A stretch of 45,561 bases of DNA from a virus (taxonomy: Duplodnaviria > Caudoviricetes): positions 1 to 45,561 of IMG/VR virus record IMGVR_UViG_3300043690_000005, one strand, 5' to 3'. This document shows positions 35,888 through 44,298 of this stretch, piece after piece (positions within the stretch are counted from its first letter, which is position 1; the number at the start of each line of letters is the position of its first letter). A program made the translations under genes and the position numbers. The notes beneath the pieces were generated by a model. The model worked only from the letters and a program-made list of their open reading frames with translations. It was not told the DNA's origin and made no database searches.

Positions 35888-36013
35888 ATGGAAGAACAGT
35901 TAGCAATTAACAATATTTACGTAACAAAATTAGGGGGCCGAATGTGCCGGAGATGTGCATTAGAGAGAGCACAAGAGCAAAGAAGGAGGTTAAAATTTAA
36001 TGATCAGAGGTGA
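35888..36013 (+). pseudogene. 41-aa ORF with half of the HNH-associated zinc finger (possible remnant)
   Basis: MEEQLAINNIYVTKLGGRMCRRCALERAQEQRRRLKFNDQR has N.Y....G.R.CR.C but lacks CxxGH. Confidence 0.45.
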
Positions 36014-36016
36014 AAT

Positions 36017-37222
36017 TTGTCCTGGCTCGATGATATTGTTGCCTCAACCACAGAGTCAGAGTCACCTGAGAGATATTGGTGGTTCGCGGGACTCTCTGTC
36101 TTATCAGCTACGATAAAAAAGAATGTATGGATAGATAGGTTTTTCTACAAACTTTATCCTAACACGTATGTACTCTTAGTGAGTGCTAAGTCAGGGTTAA
36201 GGAAAGGAGTTCCAATTGCTCTAGCCAAGAGTTTATTAGAGATAACAAATAATACGAAAATAATTGCAGGCAGGAATACGATTCAAGCCGTACTTACAGA
36301 ATTATCAAAGCAATACACGCTTGAAAGCGGTGCCGTCCTAAATGAGGCTCAGGGTATACTTTTATCTGACGAGTTTGCTATGTTCCTTCAAGAGAATACT
36401 GAGGCTCTAACCATCCTAACAGGATTACAGAATACGCATGAGCATGAAAACTCTTGGAAAAACACCATAAAAGGTAGTCCCGTGGAAACCCTTAAAAGTC
36501 CATGTATCCAGCTTTTAGGTGCCAGCAATGAGGCACTCTTCGAGTCTGTAATCAAGAGCAAGGATATAGAGGGAGGATTCCTAGCGAGAACCTTTATTGT
36601 ATATGAAAGTCAAAGGCGTTGTATAAACTCCCTTGTAGACAAACCAGAAAATCTCTGGCCTCTCAAGGACATGAGCCAGCACCTAAAAAAGATCCAAAAT
36701 ATTAAAGGGGAATTTCAGTGGTCGAATCCGGCTAAACTTCTCTATAAAGATTGGTATCACAAACTAGCTACCCAAAAATTTGAAGACAAGACAGGATCAG
36801 TTGAGCGTTTAGGGGATCAAGCACTTAAAGTCGCAATGTTAATGTCATTGGCTAACGGAAGTAGACTAGTAATCGAGGAGGATATCCTAGAAGAGGCAAT
36901 AGAGCGTAGCGAAACCTGTGTTCTAGGTGCCGTGAAAGTGTCTAGGTCATCTGGAAAAAGCGAAATAGCAAAGCCTCAAGCGCAAGTGTTAGACATCTTG
37001 TTAAGGTCTGAGAATCACTCTATGCCAAGAAGGAAACTGCTGAACAAGCTCTATCCTGACCTCAATGCAATTATATTGGATAGAGTTCTTGATACTCTAG
37101 AGCAAGTTGGAGCCTTGGAGATAACACGACAGCGCGGAGTTGGCGTAGTGTATACTATACCAGAGAAGTGGGCACAGCAGTATGAGAATTCTCTTAGGTA
37201 TAATGACGAGGAATCAGCATGA
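36017..37222 (+). CDS. DUF3987-like P-loop protein (probable replicative helicase) with C-terminal winged-helix-like region
   Basis: ESP..Y.....LS.LSA, YPN.YV.LV...SG.RK, ILLSDEF, GGFL.R...VY. TTG start after GAGGTG. Confidence 0.75.
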   Translation: MSWLDDIVASTTESESPERYWWFAGLSVLSATIKKNVWIDRFFYKLYPNTYVLLVSAKSGLRKGVPIALAKSLLEITNNTKIIAGRNTIQAVLTELSKQYTLESGAVLNEAQGILLSDEFAMFLQENTEALTILTGLQNTHEHENSWKNTIKGSPVETLKSPCIQLLGASNEALFESVIKSKDIEGGFLARTFIVYESQRRCINSLVDKPENLWPLKDMSQHLKKIQNIKGEFQWSNPAKLLYKDWYHKLATQKFEDKTGSVERLGDQALKVAMLMSLANGSRLVIEEDILEEAIERSETCVLGAVKVSRSSGKSEIAKPQAQVLDILLRSENHSMPRRKLLNKLYPDLNAIILDRVLDTLEQVGALEITRQRGVGVVYTIPEKWAQQYENSLRYNDEESA

Positions 37223-37443
37223 GATTTAGAGCAATATTCATACCAGAAGACAACCATCAAGTAATCAAAGCGAAGCAAATCTTTGCTAACTCTATTGAGT
37301 CGATCAAGGAATGGGCTGATGTTATCTTAGCTAAGTCAAAAGGTACTAAAGACTGCGTGATGGTCTACGAAACTTTTGAGAAGTTCCACGCTAAGATAGA
37401 TCCTCCTACCAAGGAGGAGTCAACTGATACTCAGAAGGTCTAG
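37219..37443 (+). CDS. Hypothetical protein (last plus-strand gene)
   Basis: 74 aa, ATGA overlap with the upstream gene. Its 3' end overlaps the convergent gene by 38 bp. Confidence 0.6.
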   Translation: MRFRAIFIPEDNHQVIKAKQIFANSIESIKEWADVILAKSKGTKDCVMVYETFEKFHAKIDPPTKEESTDTQKV

Positions 37444-40400
37444 TAATTGGACGATGAGGTCTAGGTGCCAATCTTGCTTCAGGTTTAGTCTTCTTGATGA
37501 TTCTAGACCCACCAGGAGTATAGAGTCTAGCAGTCTCCATGACTGCTGAGGAAATATCACCCTTAGCTAGGGCCGTCCCAATCTTGTCTAACGCATCTAA
37601 CTGAGGACTACCGAATCCCAGTGGAGTTTTAGGAATATGGCCTTTCTTAGCAGTGCCTATCTTCAGGTGCATAAAAGGTATTCCAGTTGCTGAGGTTAGA
37701 CCAATCGCGGTCCCAGCGGTGAGCAAGTAGAGTCCAGCTTTCTGTAGAGATTCTTTGTTCTGGAATTTATCCCTCACAGCAGCATCTAGCATTGCTTTCC
37801 CAAAGTTCTCTCCATACTGCTGCTTCCAATACTGGAACATCCACAAGATCCTAGGCATTCTCTCACCAAATATAGAGTGACTGACTCTGCTGGTAATTCC
37901 CTCTATTCTAGCTGTCTCATGAACAGCTTTTTGCTCCCAAAAAGGATCAAAATTCGGAGACTCAGGATTGCCTATTCCCTGCTCAACCATCTTAGCTCGA
38001 ATACCCTCATGAACTAACATCTTAGTCAAGGTATTCCCAATGTCTCCTCCACTATTCAAGAGATCAAACTTCTCTCCAGGAGTCTTAAATAACTGGGTCT
38101 TCTCAAAAGCTTGTAGGAGTCCGGCACTTTTTGCTCTATTGAAAGAGCCTTTCCAGTCTTTCATTACCGCTCCTAAGCCTTTGCTGGCCCCATCAAGCCC
38201 CATTTCCGGCACTCCTTGAAGGAAGAACCTCATAAAGTGGAACCATTGAAGCATAGGATGAAATGTCAGGACACTCCTAGCTCCAATGTGATACAAATGA
38301 TTATCTAAATCCTTGATAAACTTACCAGCCTGACTCTGTTTATCGATTCCAGCGGCATGTTCCACGAACCATTTTGCGGCATCTAGGGTTACTGGATCTT
38401 CTTGAGGCAAGGTTTTGATGATCTCATTAGCTTCAGCAATAGCATTCCTGAAATGGAGCATTTTGCCAATTGAATCAGTGTAAATTCGCAAGACCTTGAA
38501 TGGATCTTGGATTAGTTCTTGCTGTCTGCCTGTTCTTTTCTTTACAAACGGACTTTCTGCTACATTCGTGGCTCCCTGATCCTCATATATCCCAGGGCCT
38601 TCGGCCTTCTTCTTGTATCCAATAGCCTCAGTGCCGAAAAGACGTTCTTTCATGCCAGAGAAGTCTCGCTTCAATGCAGAGTCCATTGTGTCTCTGATAG
38701 CCTTATTCAACTCAGGCATTGAGTTGTCTTTGTATATGTGCGAGATGTAATCCTTTAAGTACCCAACTGGCCTTTGTCCTTTCGTGACTCCGGCAGCTTG
38801 AAGTTGACGATGGATGTCATCTAAAATGATTCTCCATTCAACGCCGACTCGCATTATCTCAGGCTTAATGTTCTCTTTTGCTCCATTGAGATAGTCAAAT
38901 AACTGCTGTCTGTTCTCTCGTCCTTCAGTGGTCAAACGATTCCAGTTGATCTTCTCAGAAGTTGCTGCTCTACTAAGTTCACTGTAAACTTGACTTTTCC
39001 ATCCAATATTGCCGAAGAATGCCTGTTGCATTTTCTCAACAATAGGCAATGAAAGAGGATTACCTCTTAGGAATCGGTCCATTAACTGGAAATCGCCCTT
39101 AGCTTTATGCCATAATGAGTTAAAGTACCCAGTAGGATTACTAAACTCAGGATCAACGTCTCCTTTCTTCTTAGATTTATTCAGGTCAACTCTGCAAGGA
39201 CTCTCGCAAATGATATTCCTATGTTCATTATCAATACCATTAGGAGGAGGAGCCTCGTACTGCATCTGAGTAGCAAATGTACTTTGACCCTGAGACTCAA
39301 CTGCTCGAACTAGCTCGGGAGTTATAGGAAGATAGTGCCTTGGGATTATTTTGCCTTCATCTCCCATTATGGATTGCGTTAAACCCTCAACGCTGCTATC
39401 TCCAAATCTCTCAGGAGGACCAATATCATTCCTAACTTGAGTCTTTATTCCAAACTTCTTCAGATACTTATTAGCTACATCAGGAGCCATCTTGTTGTAG
39501 ATGTGAAGAAGATGCTTGCCTCCAATGTCTAGATCTAGTCCTTTAACGTTATTGGTTTCTATAAGTTTGTTGGCTATATCTGATCCAATCAATTGAGGTA
39601 GATCCTTAGGCTCTACATCCTTTCGTATAAGAAGATCCCCACCCTTATATGCCTCTAAGGTCTCCCCGTTATATCTCAGTTCATCAATATGCTTACTCAG
39701 TCCATATTTTTGTCTCTGCCATTCACCAACAGGCCAAGTAATCGCATCATAGCCTCCGTCTACAGCTTCTTTTATCAAGTGCTTTAGAGTCTGCCTAAAC
39801 CAATCTGGTCCTTTAGGAAATGGACTCTTAGGTACTCCTTTCTCCTCATGATAGATAGCCTGCGCCCAGTCGCTTTGGAACTCTCCAGCTTCTAGAGCTT
39901 TTCCTCCTTCCGGTAATGGCATATCGTGAACAAGAGCGTTGGCAATCAAGTTAGGCTGATCAAAATGTTCCCTTGGTGGATAGTAAGTTAATGGATCTCT
40001 AGAGGCTTCGGGATCGTGATATTTGTCTCCTGCTAGCTCTCTGTATTCCTCACCTAGTCGCATTATCTCCTCATGCTGTTCAGGAGTCCTACCAAGAGCA
40101 CCAATATGTCTAAGCTCATCCAACCTAGTATGAATCTCACGCAATCTTTGAGGAATACCAACTGAGACATCAGGATGCTGTCCTGTGATCAATAGGTTCC
40201 TAAAGTTAGATCCTCCAGGAGGCATTTGTCCTTGATGTTGAGGCAAGTCTTCGCTAGGAGCAATTTCCTTCCTACGAGCATGAATCTCCCTAGACTCATC
40301 TATGAGAGTTTGATACTCTGGGTCTTTCATTAGAAGATCCCAAGGCTCATTTGTACTATGCCTCTTTCTTACAACCTCAAGCTGATCAAAGATTTCATTC

Positions 40401-41812
40401 TCTCTCTGATCAAGTCTCGCTAGCTCCTCTCTGTCCTCAGGAGACATCCTACCTTTCCAGATCTCCTGAACTTGTACTGATCTCTCGTTTATCTTGTTCA
40501 GTACATCTTCCTTACTAACTCTATTCTGCCCTTGATTCCTGAGCCATTCACCAACGCCAGTTACTTCTAGTTCCTCAGTGTTTCCCTGGTCCCTGAGTTG
40601 TTTCAAGACAAGATGAGCCTTAGCATTATCAGGTAAACCCTGTGCCGACCTTTGCAGCGAGGAATAGAATGGAATTTTAGGGGCTTCAGGAGTGTAGACT
40701 CTAGCAGCTTGAGTCTCACCTGTAAACTCAGGCTCTATTACTTGCTCACTGGGTCTAGAGACTACTGATCCTGGACTCTCAGCAGGAGGCAAGAGTCTAA
40801 CTTGACCTCTAGGTTGCTCGGAAGCTGGCCCTTGATAGAATATTCTCTCAGGAGGAGCCAATTGAGGAAGAGTCCCTCCCTCCTGATATCTTATTTCTCC
40901 AGGAGGAGTAATTCTTCTCTGTGGTTCAAATGGAGGCTGCTCAGGTATCGGAGGAGTATAGCCTTCAGGCCTCTTAAAAGGTGCTCCAATGATGTCTCCG
41001 GGCTTTCTGTATCCAGGAACTTCAGTAGTCTCAGGGGGAGCAGCTAGTTTTGGTCTTCTTCCTATCTGAGATAATCCTCCCCCGACTACAGAGCCGACCA
41101 ATCCGGCACCAGTCTCAATTGCTTCTCTAGCTCTAGGATCTAAATCAGGAGGAATCCAATGTTCAGCAGCCTTTTGCGCCCCAAAGCCTCCAACAGTTGC
41201 TCCAATAAGACCTCTAGCTCCACCATAGAGTATTCCAGGAATAGAAGCTAGTCCCATTACTCCTCTTCCAGCTTCCATTAATCCAGTAGCATCAGGAGTC
41301 CAGAATCCACCACCGGGCTTAGGAATGGGAACTACAGCAGGAGGTAACTTCTCTTCTTGCCTTCGTTGTTCATAGAATTCAGGAGCTTGCTCAGGAGGCA
41401 ACAGAGGAAATTCTTTAGTCTCGAATGGCTTTCCTGTAGCTATTCTTTTGATGCCTTCAGCAGTTCGATAGATATTTGTGCGAGGATCTAGACTCTGAAT
41501 GAACTGAGATGCAGCCTCTTCACCTCTTTGCACTAAACTAGGACTTAAGTCAAGAGGAGCACCAGCAGCTTCCTCAACTTTGCTCACTGCCTTTCTGTGA
41601 GATTTATTTATAAAGTACTCTTTTTCGGCATCAGTTGGCTCACGGTCCAAGTGCCAGCGTACCCGTGCCGTCCAGCCTTTCGAGCCGTCTGGGTTAGTCC
41701 TGGAAAACTCGATTAGCTTACCTTTTAAACTTTGCTCTCTTTTTCCCGCACTCTGCGCAGGTTTCTGACTTCCCAGTTCGTACTCCTGGCTTCCATCCAT
41801 GTTCGACGGCAT
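37406..41812 (-). CDS. Large internal virion / ejection protein (polyvalent-protein-like)
   Basis: 1468 aa. G/A-rich hydrophobic segment, P/E-rich linker, central FYS.L...EE...G...HF...E.QSDW...PF...W...K..I.EA...GYD.I.W domain, helical C-terminal region. Last gene of the structural arm; start uncertain. Confidence 0.75.
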   Translation of the reverse strand: MPSNMDGSQEYELGSQKPAQSAGKREQSLKGKLIEFSRTNPDGSKGWTARVRWHLDREPTDAEKEYFINKSHRKAVSKVEEAAGAPLDLSPSLVQRGEEAASQFIQSLDPRTNIYRTAEGIKRIATGKPFETKEFPLLPPEQAPEFYEQRRQEEKLPPAVVPIPKPGGGFWTPDATGLMEAGRGVMGLASIPGILYGGARGLIGATVGGFGAQKAAEHWIPPDLDPRAREAIETGAGLVGSVVGGGLSQIGRRPKLAAPPETTEVPGYRKPGDIIGAPFKRPEGYTPPIPEQPPFEPQRRITPPGEIRYQEGGTLPQLAPPERIFYQGPASEQPRGQVRLLPPAESPGSVVSRPSEQVIEPEFTGETQAARVYTPEAPKIPFYSSLQRSAQGLPDNAKAHLVLKQLRDQGNTEELEVTGVGEWLRNQGQNRVSKEDVLNKINERSVQVQEIWKGRMSPEDREELARLDQRENEIFDQLEVVRKRHSTNEPWDLLMKDPEYQTLIDESREIHARRKEIAPSEDLPQHQGQMPPGGSNFRNLLITGQHPDVSVGIPQRLREIHTRLDELRHIGALGRTPEQHEEIMRLGEEYRELAGDKYHDPEASRDPLTYYPPREHFDQPNLIANALVHDMPLPEGGKALEAGEFQSDWAQAIYHEEKGVPKSPFPKGPDWFRQTLKHLIKEAVDGGYDAITWPVGEWQRQKYGLSKHIDELRYNGETLEAYKGGDLLIRKDVEPKDLPQLIGSDIANKLIETNNVKGLDLDIGGKHLLHIYNKMAPDVANKYLKKFGIKTQVRNDIGPPERFGDSSVEGLTQSIMGDEGKIIPRHYLPITPELVRAVESQGQSTFATQMQYEAPPPNGIDNEHRNIICESPCRVDLNKSKKKGDVDPEFSNPTGYFNSLWHKAKGDFQLMDRFLRGNPLSLPIVEKMQQAFFGNIGWKSQVYSELSRAATSEKINWNRLTTEGRENRQQLFDYLNGAKENIKPEIMRVGVEWRIILDDIHRQLQAAGVTKGQRPVGYLKDYISHIYKDNSMPELNKAIRDTMDSALKRDFSGMKERLFGTEAIGYKKKAEGPGIYEDQGATNVAESPFVKKRTGRQQELIQDPFKVLRIYTDSIGKMLHFRNAIAEANEIIKTLPQEDPVTLDAAKWFVEHAAGIDKQSQAGKFIKDLDNHLYHIGARSVLTFHPMLQWFHFMRFFLQGVPEMGLDGASKGLGAVMKDWKGSFNRAKSAGLLQAFEKTQLFKTPGEKFDLLNSGGDIGNTLTKMLVHEGIRAKMVEQGIGNPESPNFDPFWEQKAVHETARIEGITSRVSHSIFGERMPRILWMFQYWKQQYGENFGKAMLDAAVRDKFQNKESLQKAGLYLLTAGTAIGLTSATGIPFMHLKIGTAKKGHIPKTPLGFGSPQLDALDKIGTALAKGDISSAVMETARLYTPGGSRIIKKTKPEARLAPRPHRPITRPSEYQLTPPW

Positions 41813-41912
41813 TTAATACCTTCAAATACTTTTTAGGATTTTTCGAGTGCCCGACTGTTTTCCCCGAGTCCTTTTTGACTACCTTCTTACCAACGATTTT
41901 ATAAGGCATCAC
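41718..41912 (-). CDS. Small basic protein
   Basis: MPYKI.G..V.K...G..VG.S......L..L.AVEHGWKP is a pattern I recognise from small phage proteins. Coupled to the upstream stop. Confidence 0.6.
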   Translation of the reverse strand: MMPYKIVGKKVVKKDSGKTVGHSKNPKKYLKVLNAVEHGWKPGVRTGKSETCAECGKKRAKFKR

Positions 41913-43156
41913 TCTACCACCCTTGACTTAGTGTAGCTACCTTGCTTACCCTTGGGCTTATTATCTTCTTCAAGAGTCCCAGGAGATCCATAGAATCTCT
42001 CAAGAGCAGCCTCTGTCTCCTCCTCAAGAGCTTTCTTAAAGGCTTTCCAATCGGGATCATTCTCGTTCACTGAGCCTTTAATAGACTTGCTAGTTGGATA
42101 CTTCGGATCAACATAATACTCATATCCATCAACGGCACCCTTAGGATTCAGGAATTTACCGTATCTAGGATTGAGTCCAACGATAGCCTTAGCTACAGCA
42201 GCCTCGGCTCTCTCTCGATCATCTAGATGTTGTGTTGGTGATTTATCTTTACGAAGTTCTCCCTCTTGAGCAATCTCAGCACTTCGATATCGATGATGCA
42301 ACCCAGCCATTTCTCTATCTATTTGAGCTTGGAGCTGAATTTTTTCCTCATCACTCATCGTTTTAGGCTCAAACTTCGGCTCTTCAACCTGAGTGCTAGT
42401 TATCCTATGAGTATTAGGATCGACCTCAACTAATTTTCCAGATCTATCAAGCATGAAGTATTTTGGTTCCCAAGGCTTTTGAATCTGAGGATGCTCTGCT
42501 TGAATCACCTGAAGCTTCTCACTCATGGTATGAGGAACCCATTCAGGTTGCTCATTTATTCTGCTTAAGTTATACATGGCTCTCATATGCTCGGCTTTAG
42601 CTCTCTCATACTCAGCCTCAGTAGTAGCCATGTCCATAGCATGCTTAGTTCTAGCAGCCTCTTGCTCTGCTTCACCATAAAGCGGAGCAAGAGTGTCAGC
42701 CCACTGTCTTACGTGCCTTCGATATGGAGCCTCATTGATGTCTTGATGTTCTTGCATTCCAGCTTCTGGACCCTTAGCAAGTCCCGTAGACATTCCACCA
42801 AGAGTACCTAAAGCTTTCCTAAACTTCGACGGCTGCTGTTCAGGAGAGCCTAATTGAGGTCTTTTAGCAAGACCTTCTGTGATCCTAGTAAATAGATCAG
42901 GAGGAGGCTTTTCTGGTTGAGGAGCCAATTCCCTAGCACTAGGAGTCTGAGCGAAGATATTAGGAGGTCCAGGTTCAGCAAAAGGATTCCTTTCTTGCCC
43001 AGGAGCCTGAAACTCTATTCCAGGTCTTAGATTGATATCTGGAGCCTCAATATTAGGTTGAGGTGGAGGAACTAATTGAGTAGCTCCAGGAGGAATATCA
43101 GTGCCGAAAGATCTCTGCCGAAGTAATTGAGTAAGCCAATCAGGTTGACCATCCAT
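41909..43156 (-). CDS. Putative ejection protein
   Basis: 415 aa with P-rich N-terminus, ALGTLGGMSTGL segment and coiled coils. Lies between the pilot-like and large internal proteins. Confidence 0.6.
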   Translation of the reverse strand: MDGQPDWLTQLLRQRSFGTDIPPGATQLVPPPQPNIEAPDINLRPGIEFQAPGQERNPFAEPGPPNIFAQTPSARELAPQPEKPPPDLFTRITEGLAKRPQLGSPEQQPSKFRKALGTLGGMSTGLAKGPEAGMQEHQDINEAPYRRHVRQWADTLAPLYGEAEQEAARTKHAMDMATTEAEYERAKAEHMRAMYNLSRINEQPEWVPHTMSEKLQVIQAEHPQIQKPWEPKYFMLDRSGKLVEVDPNTHRITSTQVEEPKFEPKTMSDEEKIQLQAQIDREMAGLHHRYRSAEIAQEGELRKDKSPTQHLDDRERAEAAVAKAIVGLNPRYGKFLNPKGAVDGYEYYVDPKYPTSKSIKGSVNENDPDWKAFKKALEEETEAALERFYGSPGTLEEDNKPKGKQGSYTKSRVVE

Positions 43157-43157
43157 A

Positions 43158-43913
43158 TTAGACTCCTGCTGCTCCTGCTATAGCTCCTCCGGCCATTGCT
43201 GCAATCCTTTGGATATTATCCATAATTCCGGGAGTATTAGCTAATGACTGAAGAGTCTCCAAGGATAGCTGCTGATTGCTTGTGTCAATTCCTAGTCTAG
43301 CTAAAATTTGCTTCCCGATATCAGAAATCTCACCAGTTTGAGTATTGAACAATTGATTCTGTTGACCCATGAGTCCTGTTTGAGCACGGCCAACATCAGT
43401 TAATCCACCTAATCCAGCTAGCTTACCTTGCCTTAATTGATCAGATAGAGCAACTTCAGCAGCAGTATTAGCTCTTGCAGCAGTCTCTCCTTCTTGACGA
43501 GCCATCTGACTAATCTGTCCACCTGGGCCTAGTCCACCAGTTAGGCTCTTTTGTCTCATGGCCTCAGATTTCATGACATCAAAGGCAGCAGGAACGCCCG
43601 CTGTACTAGTCCTCATGAACTGAGCTTGCTGTTGAGGAGTCATGCCTCCAGTTGTAGCAAAGTCTTGGTAACCGGACTTAGCTCCAGCTAGAGTCGAAGC
43701 AACGTCTCTTCCTGTACTCTTTACATCCCCAAGAGTGTCTAACTGCCGTCCCATAGCAGCAGTTCTTTGACCTGATAATCCACCAGGACCAAAGGCGCTA
43801 GGTACTCCTCCTGGTCCGGTCCCGCCATAAATGTCGGTCCCGGTTTGTTGTTTACTTATGTCTCCAACTTCTCTAGCCCTGCTACGAACATCCTGCTGCT
43901 CTCGTTTACCCAT
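43158..43913 (-). CDS. Putative DNA pilot / ejection protein
   Basis: 251 aa, G/Q/A/T-rich helical protein ending AAMAGGAIAGAAGV. Confidence 0.65.
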   Translation of the reverse strand: MGKREQQDVRSRAREVGDISKQQTGTDIYGGTGPGGVPSAFGPGGLSGQRTAAMGRQLDTLGDVKSTGRDVASTLAGAKSGYQDFATTGGMTPQQQAQFMRTSTAGVPAAFDVMKSEAMRQKSLTGGLGPGGQISQMARQEGETAARANTAAEVALSDQLRQGKLAGLGGLTDVGRAQTGLMGQQNQLFNTQTGEISDIGKQILARLGIDTSNQQLSLETLQSLANTPGIMDNIQRIAAMAGGAIAGAAGV

Positions 43914-44298
43914 GATTCACGTTCCTTTTAAAGAGAGGCTTACCTTTGCACTCAATGAATCCTAATTTCTCAATAAGGAATTTCTCTGATCCACAATCGC
44001 AGACAAAAGCATGAACTCCATCCAGGCCAAACTTTTCGATATCTTGAGTTACTACCTCATCAGCTTTCATGATAGCTCTGGCTCTCGTCATCAATGGCAA
44101 AGTATCATCAATGATTAGAATTACCTCAGCCGTCAATTTCACAAAAACGGCACCTCGAACTTTACCATCTACGACTATCTCTTTATTAGCGAAATAAAGT
44201 AGGCAATCAAGATCAGGAAAAGGAAAATCCCTAGGCAGATCCATAAGTGAATCGAGGTTCTTAGGAGAAATATTAAGCTCATGGATTTCAATAGACAT
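43906..44298 (-). CDS. GNAT-fold-like protein preceding the ejection genes (T7 gp13-like position)
   Basis: VVDGKV.G, G...VHAFV, ...FL.EKLGF pattern. Confidence 0.5.
   Translation of the reverse strand: MSIEIHELNISPKNLDSLMDLPRDFPFPDLDCLLYFANKEIVVDGKVRGAVFVKLTAEVILIIDDTLPLMTRARAIMKADEVVTQDIEKFGLDGVHAFVCDCGSEKFLIEKLGFIECKGKPLFKRNVNHG

Noticed and set aside
41735-41750. GKREQ peptide shared by the large ORF N-terminus and the start of 43158..43913
   Set aside because: Only five residues, with different codons, in a region constrained by an overlapping gene; likely chance.
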